This document shows, in pieces, positions 26,750-37,408 of a stretch of 64,000 nucleotides of DNA. The translations under genes and the position numbers were made by a program. Position 1 is the first letter of the stretch; the number at the start of each line of letters is the position of its first letter. A model generated the notes under the pieces. It saw only the letters and a program-made list of their open reading frames with translations, was not told the DNA's origin and ran no database searches. Source of the stretch: the human T2T-CHM13v2.0 reference genome, Homo sapiens. The DNA is taken from NCBI RefSeq assembly GCF_009914755.1, contig NC_060929.1. One strand, written 5' to 3'.

Positions 26750-28515
26750 GAGAGTGTGTGTGTTTGCATATGTGTGAGAGAGACTTTCTATTCATTTGTG
26801 TGTGGGGTGTGCTAGTGCGTGGGCTGTGTCCAGGTGTGGCCTGTGTGTGTGTGTGTGCCTGGGAGCATGTGTATCCCCGCATGTGTGTGTACATGTCCAG
26901 GTGTGTGTGTGTGTATATGTGTGTGCACGCACGTATGACCCTGGGTGTGTTTGCGTGTGTGAATGTGTGTGTGTTCATGTTGGGTGTGGGGTGTGTGTGT
27001 GTGTCCAGATGTGACTTGTGTGTGCGTGTATGCATTCAGTCTGGGTGTGGGATGTGTATATCTGTGTGTGCATTTCTGGGTGTAGGGTGTGTGTATGTGC
27101 GTTCAGTCCAGGTGTGGGGTGCATGTATATGTGTGTGTGCATGTCTGGGTGTGGGGTGTGTGTGGGACTGTGTGAATGCCTTGGTGTGGAGTATGTGTAT
27201 TTGTGTGTGCATGCACGTCTGGGTGTAGGGTGTGTGTGTATGTGTTCAGTCCAGGTGTGGGGTGCATGTATATGTGTGAGTGCATGTCTGGGTGTGGGGT
27301 GTGTGTGTGTATGCCTTGGTGTGGAATATGTGTATGTGTATGTGTGTGTCTGGGTGTGGGGTGTGTGTGTATGTGACTGTGTGAATGCCTTGGTGTGGAG
27401 TGTATTTGTGTGTGCATGTCTGGATGTGGGCTGCATGTATATGTGTGTGTGTTGGCTGTGTTTCTGTGTGTGTGCACATCCAGGTGTGGGCTGTGTATAT
27501 GTGTGTGTGTGTGGCCTGTGTTTGTGTGTGTGCACATCCAGGTGTGGGCTGTGTGTTTCTGTGTGTGTGCACATCCAGATGTGGGTTGTGTATATGTGTG
27601 TGTGTGTTGCCTGTGTTTGTGTGTGTGCACATCCAGGTGTGGGCTGTGTGTATGTGTGTGTGCACATCCAGGTGTGGGCTGTGTGTGTGTGTGTGTGTGT
27701 TGCCTGTGTTTCTGTGTGTGCACATCCAGGTGTGGGCTGTGTATATGTGTGTGTGTTGCCTGTGTTTCTGTGTGTGCACATCCAGGTGTGGGCTGTGTGT
27801 ATGTGTGTGTGTGTTGCCTGTGTTTGTGTGTGTGCACATCCAGGTGTGGGCTGTGTATATGTGTGTGTTTGTTGCCTGTGTTTGTGTGTGTGCACATCCA
27901 GGTGTGGGCTGTGTGTTTCTGTGTGTGCACATCCAGGTGTGGGCTGTGTATATGTGTGTGTGTTGCCTGTGTTTGTGTGTGTGCACATCCAGGTGTGGGC
28001 TGTGTGTATGTGTGTGTGCACATCCAGGTGTGGGCTGTGTGTGTGTGTGTGTGTGTGTGTTGCCTGTGTTTCTGTGTGTGCACATCCAGGTGTGGGCTGT
28101 GTATATGTGTGTGTGTTGCCTGTGTTTCTGTGTGTGCACATCCAGGTGTGGGCTGTGTGTTTCTGTGTGTGTGCACATCCAGATGTGGGCTGTGTATATG
28201 TGTGTGTGTGTGTTGTCTGTGTTTGTGTGTGTGCACATCCAGGTGTGGGCTGTGTGTATGTGTGTGTGTGTGTTGCCTGTGTTTCTGTGTGTGCACATCC
28301 AGGTGTGGGCTGTGTATATGTGTGTCTGTTGCCTGTGTTTCTGTGTGTGCACATCCAGGTGTGGGCTGTGTGTTTCTGTGTGTGTGCACATCCAGATGTG
28401 GGCTGTGTATATGTGTGTGTTTGTGTTGCCTGTGTTTGTGTGTGTGCACATCCAGGTGTGGGCTGTGTGTGTGTGTGTTGCCTGTGTTTCTGTGTGTGCA
28501 CATCCAGGTGTGGAG
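26750..28515. repeat. TG-rich minisatellite/VNTR; homogeneous part 27470-28512 has ~21 copies of GTGCACATCCAG(G/A)TGTGG
   Basis: The core recurs at spacings of ~35-37 bp or ~52-62 bp; 26750-27470 is a more degenerate version. Confidence 0.95.
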
Positions 28516-28891
28516 TATTCGTTGTGCTCTTGTGCTTCTCAGGCCCTTTGAGTAGTAAAAGGTGCTTCTCAGCCTGTTTTCTACCATCGCCCCCGTAAGG
28601 AGCCTTTGTAGACTTTCCATCCCTGGTAGCCTACCTGAAATGTTAAGACCACAAATATGCTGTATATCTGGTTACGCACTGTATGTGCGTGTGTGTATAT
28701 GTGTGTGTATATCTGTGCTTTAGAGACACAGAATTTTTTTTACCTGCCCTGGAATAACCAGCTTCTACCCTGCTCCTGGAGAAAGGAGACCCTCCCACAG
28801 ACTGTTGAGAGTCCCTGCTGGGGAGCAAGGGTTTCTTTGTCTGGCCTCAGGGGTGTGACCACTCTCCTCCCACTCCTGGCCCATGTTGTGT

Positions 28892-29050
28892 GCAGTGGTT
28901 CCCAGTCTTTAGGGCCCAGCTGGAAATCTCTTAAAACACAGCTGTCTGGGCCCCACCTAAAGATCCTGTCAGTAGACCTGAAGAGGGGTCTGACCTCGGG
29001 GTTTCAGCAAGCTCCGAGGGGGTTCTGATACCCTGCCTGAAGTGGGGATC
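28892..29050. mobile_element. MER5-like hAT element
   Basis: CAGTGGTTCCC...CTGGGCCCCACC...CAGTAGACCTG...CAAGCTCC...GGTTCTGAT. Confidence 0.5.
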
Positions 29051-30340
29051 TGGGGCTGAAGGGGGTTTTGAATCATCGAGCAGTCATCTAGTCTGAGGGA
29101 AGAGGGTCCGCCTAGAGACCTGACCTGGTTCTAGAGAACTCAAGACCCAGCTGGCCAGTCCTCCCTATGCCAGCACTACCCCAGGGCTGCCCAAAGGTGG
29201 CTTGCGAGAGGCTGGTGGCTGGACCAGAACCCTTCCCACTGACTTAGGGCATGGAGGATGCAGTATGAGGGTGTGTTCTCAGGACCACGGTCATGCAGCG
29301 GGTGTCTGGGACAAACACTGCCCCAGAATGTCTGGAGTCCCATTTTCCACCTGTTTGATAAAGCCGCAGATGCCCCACACACAAACCTGGGCCTCCCTTC
29401 TGTGGGTCCCAACCTTCTCCAATAGACTGGAGCTCCCATACCAATCCCAGGGTGGGTCTGGTAAGCAAGGCAGAGGTAAACTTCTGCCTCCTCTCCCAGC
29501 TCTCGGTTCACTGAGTCAAAGCTTATCTCTGTCCTGCCTACTAGACCCACCCTGGGATTGGTATGGGAGCTCCAATCCCCATTGGAACCCCATCTGGAAG
29601 TTGCCAGAGACCTGGTAGCAAAATCAATCAAAACCAGAGAACCCCTACCTGGCCCAGCTTTCTTTGGATGCCAAAGAAAGCTGTGTCTCTTTGGAGGGCT
29701 GGGCCAGTGCCAAGCCCCAGTGCTGGGTGTCTGAGCGATCAGAACACAGGGGGCCAATTGATGCGGTGTGGGCAGAGCTCCAGCATGAGGCCGCAGGGGA
29801 GATGGGAGCCTGGAAGAGGGAGGGAGGGGCTGTGTGGTGGCCATGGAGCAGGGTAGAAGTGGCTCTGAGGCCGTGAGAGCACGAGAGAAGACCAGACAAG
29901 GGTGGATGAATGATGGAGATGGGCACAGAGATGGAGAAGAGTGGGGGTGGGGGATGCTGCGGTCTGGTGGGGAAGCAAGAAAGGCAGGCTTCTCCTTCTC
30001 TTAAGCTTTTAAAGGCATCAGAGCATCTTGCTAATTGTTCATCTCCCAGAGACGCTAATGAAATTAACTCTGCAAAATACTCATCAGGTCATCTGCAAAG
30101 GGCACGGTGCCAGGCTTCCACTTGGTCCAATCCCGTCCTTCTCCTCCTCCGCTCCTCCTGCCCCTTCCTGACAATCCTCCGCCCCCTCCTTTTCACATAG
30201 GCCCCTCAGCAGGGAACTGCTTACCTCCCAACCTGCCTGAGAGTGCCCAGCAGGAAAACTCGAAAAGGGGACTGTGTAGCCAGGGAGACCTCAGAGACAG
30301 ATGTCACGGAGTTCACGGAGCTGGGAAAGGTTGTTTCTGG

Positions 30341-30427
30341 GTGTATGCGTGTGTGCGTGTGTGTGTGTGTGTGCGCGTGTGCGTGTGTGCGTGTGCGTGC
30401 ATGTGTGTGTGCGCGCGTGTGTGTGTA
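30341..30427. repeat. (TG/CG)n alternating purine-pyrimidine tract
   Basis: About 87 nt of uninterrupted alternation, including GCGCGC. Confidence 0.9.
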
Positions 30428-30722
30428 ACACATGCATCATAGGAGGATGTGTCTCTAATAAAACCATTTAGACTGAACATTCTTTCAATCACTCAGTAAA
30501 CATTTCTGGAGCAGCTTCTAGGTTTAAATCCTTGTTCCATCTCTTACCAGCTGAGTGGCTTTTAGCAAGTTACAACCCCTCTCTGTGCCACAGTTTTTGT
30601 GTCTACATAATGGGTACAATAATCACATCTACTGCATAACGGGCTGTGAGAATTGAAGGAGATAAACCAGGTACAGAGTTTAGTCCTGTCCTGGGCACCT
30701 GGAGAGTTCTCAAGAAATGCTG

Positions 30723-30743
30723 GGTGCTGTCCTTGGTCCTGGA
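30723..30743 (-). promoter_or_regulatory. RE1/NRSE (REST-binding) motif candidate
   Basis: GGTGCTGTCCTTGGTCCTGGA matches the RE1 reverse consensus GGCGCTGTCCGTGGTGCTGAA at 17/21 positions, with canonical 2-bp half-site spacing. Confidence 0.6.
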
Positions 30744-31346
30744 GGCTCCAAGGCAGTGACATCCCAGTTCTTGCGCCGAGGCACGGCCAGACCAGCCTTA
30801 AGGCCCAGGCATGAAGTGCTCAGTAGAACGGGGCAGCATGGAGAATGGGCATGTGAACAGTGTGTGCAGGAATGGAGTGGGGAGATATGGAAGTGTCTGT
30901 ACATGTATGTAACTGCGAGGAACATGAGTGCCTGTACTGCGTGTCATCAGTTACCCAGTATGCACATGTGTGAGCTGGGTGTGGGAAGTGCATTTGTGTT
31001 GTGTTCGCTGTGGAGACTGAGCAGGTGCTGGCTTGCTGTGTGTGTGTGTTAGATTCAGAGCACAGGTGAGTGTTGGGGTTTGTGTGCAGAGGGGACAGGT
31101 CCAGATGTTGCCAGGGGTCCTTTGAAGGGGCTTATTTTTAGTTCTATCTCCTGTCTTATCCCTCACAAAGTAATCATTTCTTTTATGATCTGGCTCTCAT
31201 TCCACCCCAGCTTACAACTGGGAGGACATTTGTATCTTCCCCAACATGCTGCAGGTTCCCCCGGTGGGTATCATTGAGCCTTACAAATAGTAGTCAGTCA
31301 TAAATGCTCACCCTGTAGATTCTTAATAAAGGATAATTCTATATTA

Positions 31347-31654
31347 TTTTTCTTTTTTCTTTCCCTTTTTTAGAGATAGCATCTTGTTCTGTCACCCAGG
31401 ATAGTGTGCAGTGGCCTTATCATATCTCATTGCAGCCTCAAACTCCTAGGCTTGACCAGTCCTCCCCACTCAGACTTCCAAGTAGCTAGAAAACAGGCAT
31501 ATGCCACCATGCCTAGATCATTTAGAAAAATGTTTTAATACACAGGGTCTCTCTATGTTGCCCAAGCTGGCCTTGAACTCAGGGCCTCCAGCAATCCTCC
31601 CCCTTCAGCCTCCCAAAATGTTGTGATTACAGATGTGAGCTACAGCACCCAGCC
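31347..31654 (-). mobile_element. Diverged AluJ
   Basis: Reverse Alu with many substitutions. Confidence 0.85.
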
Positions 31655-32232
31655 CTGTATTTTGTTTTCAAATATAAATGACAAAAACCGCAAATGGGCT
31701 TAAACAGCTCAAAAGGGAATGCGTTGGCTGATCTAACTGAAGAATTCAGGGGTTTCAGCAGCCTCAGAAGCAGCTGAATCTGAGGGCTTGAACAATGAAC
31801 TAGGATTCTGCAACCCTCTCTTCTCCAGGCTCTGCTCCTCTCCACCCCAGCTTCAATCTCAGGCATGCCCTTTTATTGTGGCAGTGCTGTCAAGATCAGG
31901 TCATTTCTTTCCAGCTTCAAGTACAGCAAGAAAAGAAATTCTTTCTCTCCTTAGTTCCAACAAAAGTCCCAGAAATGAGCCTCAATGGCCTGGCTTGGGT
32001 CATATGCCCATCTCTGAACCAATCATTGTGTTTCAGGGAATAGTGGATGCTGATTGGCCGGGCCTGGGCATTTGTTGTCTTTTGGAATTGGAGGGGGATA
32101 GTCCGACCTGAATCTTGTGTGCTGATGGTGGGGAGGGGTGATCCTTCCAAGGAAAGACAGAAGCTGGATGCTGAGCAGTGGGCAGATGTGAACACTTGGA
32201 CCATAGCACGGACCATAAAGAGCCAATGTCTT

Positions 32233-32721
<489 letters not shown>

Positions 32722-34887
32722 TTAAGGGTCTCCAAGAGCATGTCCTGCTTGCTGAACTAATTTCCTGATCAATTGGGTTATTTGTCTGGTAGATTGGAGC
32801 AAACCTGGAAGCTCATGATTCTAGGGCTCTGCTAAGTCTTTCCATTTATTTTTGTGGGTGCAGCAGTGAGATGTGAGCTGAATGATGGTGTGGTCAGAGG
32901 CTTCCTGAGTGGACAAAGGAGCAGCTGGTTTATTGCCCTAGTGCAATATGCAAGTTGATCTCGAGTTGGGAGCCTCTGGACCCTGTCCTTGGTCCTGCCT
33001 GCAGCAACCTGTTTAGTTAGGACTTGGTTGAAAGTATATGTGACTTCCTAATGTCATCTGGGAATGACAGAAGCAGAAGAAAATAGCAAATACCCTCCCT
33101 GACAGCACCCACATCCTGAGAGGGCTCCATATGGGAAAGAGGGATTAGATGTAATACGATGGAAAATAATTGGGATGAATTTAAGTGTCTGCATTTAATT
33201 GCAGAAAACCAGCGACCTAAAGGGTAGGTGAGGAACACCCAGTTGTTGATAGTACCTAGGCAAAGACCTAGGACAATGTCCATCAAAGTGTGATCCGTCT
33301 TCAGACCACTGGCAGCAGCAGAAACATCTTGTAGGTTTTACAGGGCACAGTAAAAGCAGATTCCTAGACCCCTCCCCAGACATCCTGGATCAAAACTAGG
33401 ATAGGCAGGACATGGAAATTTATACTCCAAGCAACTCATAGGAACTTCGGTGCATGTCCAAGTCAGTGATGGCCTCAGCACAGGGTCTGAGCTCCCCAGG
33501 TCCAGGGGATATTAGCAGTGCGATATCACTGACCAACAGCTGATTAGGACTCCTCTTGTGTATCAGGCCATGATGGCAGAACACCTGCCAACCCCTTCAG
33601 GAGATGCCTTCAGGAAGCAGCCTCACCACGGAACACCTACAGGGTGTCTGGGTGGCGAGACAGGGGCCCAGAGCCCTGCTGCCATGCCAGCATCTGAAGC
33701 AGAACTGTTTGCCCTGAAAATTCATGATAGACCAAGACTTCATCTTCTGAAGAAAAATTTGCCTGAGTAACAGAAGCAAAGGAGGCTGGAGCTCTCAGGA
33801 GTCCTCTTCCCATCTGGCCATCCTACCTTAGGGTCTGAGACAAACCCTTTCCTGGCAGCCCTTCACCCTGGATTCTTAAGAAGAGTTCCAGTGAGACACC
33901 TACTCCCCCTCTCTACAAGGGCACCCCTCCTCCTTCTCCTGACATGACTCTGAGCATCACTTGGAAGGGAACAGTTCAGCTGAGGCCCGGGTGACTAAAA
34001 GGAACCAGCCACGTGAAGATCTGGGGACAGAGTATTCTAGGAAGAAAGGCAAATGGGAAGGCCTGGAGGTGGGATGAGCTTGGATGCTGGAGAAACAAAG
34101 TGAGGGGTTGAGGGGCCTTATGGCTAGGGCCTAGGCAGAGTTGAAGAGGAAGGCAGGGGCCAGATTCTGCTGGGACCACAGGCTGTGCAGGCACTCATGC
34201 TACTCTCCACATATTTCAGCTCTGCCTTCCAGGCACGAGGTGGGATTATACTTCCTGGCCCTCTTGGGTGGGACTGTGGGGCCAGTTCTGGCCAATGGAT
34301 TGTGACCAGACATGATCCATTGTGTCTGGGCTGAGCGATTGATGGCTGGTGGGTGCACCTCTGGAATGGCTGCTGTCAGGCTGGGTCCTCAAGTGAGGGT
34401 GACCTCGAGTCATAGACCCATGATGGACAAATGAGAAACAAACCTTTGTTGATTTAAGTCACTGAGATTTGGGGACTATTTGTTACGACATCCCCTAATC
34501 TATCCTGACTCTTACATAGACCATTCCATTCTGGCTGAAGAGAGAGGGGCAAGAAGAGAAGTGAACAAAGCAGCCAACTGAGCAGAAAAGACCCTTCCTT
34601 TCCTGTATCTCAAACCTCATTTCCCAAATTCAAATCCCAGAGTAGAAACTGTAGCAGGAGAAAAGATGAGGACACGGATGTTGAAACCAAACCTCCCAAG
34701 GATGCATCTTAGCTAACCCTGCAGTCTATTGGATAAGGTTGGCCCTGAGCAATCAGGCACTTCCTCTCCCTACGCCTCAGCTACTGCATCTGCATAATGG
34801 GAATAATAATGTTTCTTTAACAGGACTGCATGTGAGGATCAAGCCAAATTATAAATGTATGCAAGGACATAGTGGTGTCCAGCATAC

Positions 34888-35204
34888 TTTTTTTTTTTTT
34901 TTTTTGAGACGGAGTCTTGCTTTGTCGCCCAGGCTGGAGTGCAGTGGCATGATCTTGGCTCACTGCAACGTCCGCCTCCCAGGTTAAAGCAATTCTCCCT
35001 GGCTCAGCCTCCTGAGTATCTGGGATTACAGGTGCCCACCACCACATCTGGCTGTGTGTGTGTGTGTGTGTGTGTGTGTATTTTTAGTAGAGATGGTGTT
35101 TCGCCATGTTGGCCAGGCTGGTCTCAAACCCCTGACCTCAAGCGATCCACCCACCTCAGCCTCCCAAAGTGCTGGGATTACGGTGTGACCCACCACACCC
35201 GGCC
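34888..35204 (-). mobile_element. Alu (S-type) with a (TG)n expansion in the central linker
   Basis: Reverse Alu; (TG)n at ~35054-35079. Confidence 0.92.
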
Positions 35205-35423
35205 ATCCCTTTAGACAGAGCATACACTATTATAATGTCATCTTATACCCCAGCCCTCAATCCTCTTCCTTCATCCTCAGCCACCAGCCTCCAGTGCCCA
35301 ATCCCCAGTGGGCCCCAAGGGCAGATCCTGCCACTGACTCACCTCTCCCACCCACCTCTTTCCTGCAGAGGCTGAAGAGGGGTGTTATGGTGCCAACAGG
35401 AGCAGCCTGGGCACACACTGCTC

Positions 35424-35426
<3 letters not shown>

Positions 35427-35461
<35 letters not shown>
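35427..35461. repeat. (CA)n microsatellite
   Basis: Read directly from the sequence. Confidence 0.95.
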
Positions 35462-35464
<3 letters not shown>

Positions 35465-35519
35465 ACATGTGAGTTGATCAGGCCCTGACACCGTGTACAT
35501 TCAAACTGCCCCGAAAGCA

Positions 35520-36041
35520 AAGTTCCCAAACCAGAAGGTGGTGAACACTTTCCCCTGGGCTCACATGAAGTCTAAAAAATTATTTTTTACTAGTTAAAAA
35601 TTTTAAATCAGAATATTTCACATACGACGGCTTCTGTTGAAAATTTGGAAGATGCGGCTATACTGTGCCCCGGTCCCCTCCCCCGACAACCAGCACCTGG
35701 AGCAGAAAAGGCAGCTGCCCCTTGAGATGGGATCCTTGTGCCTGTCCCCAGCACTGCCCTTTGCCTCCCTGGCGATGGAGCCCAGCGTCTGTATGGTTGC
35801 CTCTGGAGCTTTAGCTGGTGTTTTTTATAGTAGACTTAAGAGGAAAGCAAAACATTTTTCATAACCCTTCTCTATCAAAAGTGGGAAACAAAAGACAGAC
35901 CGAGAGAGGGCCTCGTGTCTCAAGAAATATAGGAGAGCTCATATCTCTTTGTGGAAGCAAGACCATCCCTTACATCGCCTAGCCTGCAGCGCCAATTTAT
36001 ATTATCGACCGGCCCCGTAGGCGTTTGAGTTTGCGACCCTG
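35520..36041. mobile_element. MER102-like hAT-Charlie remnant adjoining the promoter; related pieces at ~4485-4615 and ~51090-51290
   Basis: AATCAGAATATTTCACATA...GCTTCTGTTGAAAATTTGGAAGAT and terminal GCGTTTGAGTTTGCGACCCTG. Confidence 0.45.
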
Positions 36042-37231
36042 CCCTCACCCTGCTCATTCCCCTCCCGACCCAGACTAGGACCCTCTCTTTTTCCGATCAC
36101 TCCCCCCAGGCACACCGCACGCGGCTGTCATTTCCTTTCTCCTTCAAGGCAGCCCTCTGTTTATTTTAACCCGATTAGGGAATGGGGGTGGGGCACAGGA
36201 GACTCCAGCAGCGGTCACTGCTGGAGGCTCCAGGAGACGACGTGACTTGACCAAGGTCACAGAGCTGGAAGGTGAAGTCGCCTGGACCCTACCCCCGGTC
36301 TCCCTAGCTGCCAAAGCCCAGCTCGTTCCTTTACACCCACGTCGCGGGCGCCGTGCGCTCTCGGGGCTCAAACACCGCGCGCCCAGTCGGGTGCGCTGCG
36401 CCTGAAGGTTGTTTTCCTTCGGCGAACGGCGCCGAGGGGTTAGGGAAACCTTGGGTCATGGTGTGAGGCGCGCCCCTGGAATCCACCAGCCTGCGAGGCT
36501 GGGACTGCGGGTGTCCCCGAGTCTGGCCTGCCAGCTCTGGTGGCCAGGGCACCTCTGCGCGCGGGCCAGGGCCCCGGGGCTCTCCCGCAGTCCCCTAACC
36601 AAGCCGCGGGCTGGCAGCGTACCGCGGCGCCCGGACGACCCCGGAGCGCGGCCGCGAGGAAAGGGCGGGGGAGAGGACTGCAGCGGAACCTGCCCGGGGC
36701 ACCCCTGCCCTGGGCGGCTCTCCGCAGGCTGGCGCCGCGCCGGGGTCGCCGCAGCCCCGGGCCCCTCCCGGGCCACCTGTGCGCAGACTGGCGGGCCCGC
36801 GAGAGCCCGGATCCGGAGCACCGATCCACTCCGGGTTTCAGACTCCTGCCCCTGTCCCTGGAGACCCCGCGGGGCGGTGGGAGGCCTCCACGCCCACCAC
36901 CCCAAGCCCCTCCCTGGGGGAGCCTCAGGCATCGCCCAGAGGGATTCCCGGTGCTGGGGGTGGCCCGCGCGCGCTGCGCGGGGCGGCCCGGCCCCTCCTT
37001 CCTTCCCCCGCCCCTCCCAGCCGCCGCCCCGCTCCGTCGCTCCAGTCCGGGTTTTGCGGCGCCCACCGGCCCGCTCTCCGGCTGCGGGCTCCGCGGCGCG
37101 GCTGGCTCGGTGCGCGGCGCGGCTGGCGCTGCGCTCCGCCCCGGCTGCATTGCTGCGCTCCCGTGCCCAAGGGAGCCACGCGCCGCGTGCGCCCGGCAGC
37201 CGGCCGCCCGGAGGCAGCGCAGTCCGCTGGC

Positions 37232-37279
37232 ATGGGCCCCGGGGGCGCCCCGAGCTGGGGCTCCGGGCTGAGGCGCTAA
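37232..37279 (+). other. Candidate upstream ORF (MGPGGAPSWGSGLRR*) in the UNC5A leader
   Basis: ATG at 37232 in strong context (G at -3, G at +4). TAA at 37277-37279, 59 nt before the main ATG and in a different frame. Confidence 0.6.
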
Positions 37280-37338
37280 AGCCGCCCTCCCGCCCGCGGG
37301 GCCCCGCGCCCGGCCCGCCCGCCTGCCCGCCCGCGGCC

Positions 37339-37408
37339 ATGGCCGTCCGGCCCGGCCTGTGGCCAGCGCTCCTGGGCATAGTCCTCGCCGCTTGGCTCCG
37401 CGGCTCGG
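37339..37408 (+). CDS. UNC5A: UNC5A (unc-5 netrin receptor A) first coding exon, encoding the signal peptide; partial CDS
   Basis: GCGGCC-ATG-G Kozak context at 37339. Translates to MAVRPGLWPALLGIVLAAWLRGS plus the first base of the next codon, which I recognise as the human UNC5A N-terminus. Followed by the donor G|GTGAGT at 37409 (70 nt, phase 1), inside a CpG island. Confidence 0.93.

Noticed and set aside
27470-28512. CRISPR-like look of a constant core with variable spacers
   Set aside because: The spacers are related (TG)n-rich variants rather than unique sequences, there are no cas genes, and the context is primate DNA. It is a minisatellite.
26975-28620. 386-526 aa ORFs in all six frames (His/Thr- or Cys/Val-rich)
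   Set aside because: The TG/CA repeat lacks stop codons, which explains these ORFs; nothing else supports coding.
32736-32754. Possible p53 response element (GAGCATGTCC plus neighbouring CTTG)
   Set aside because: Only one proper half-site; the second core is one base out of register. GGGCATGTCT at 47871 is also an isolated half-site.
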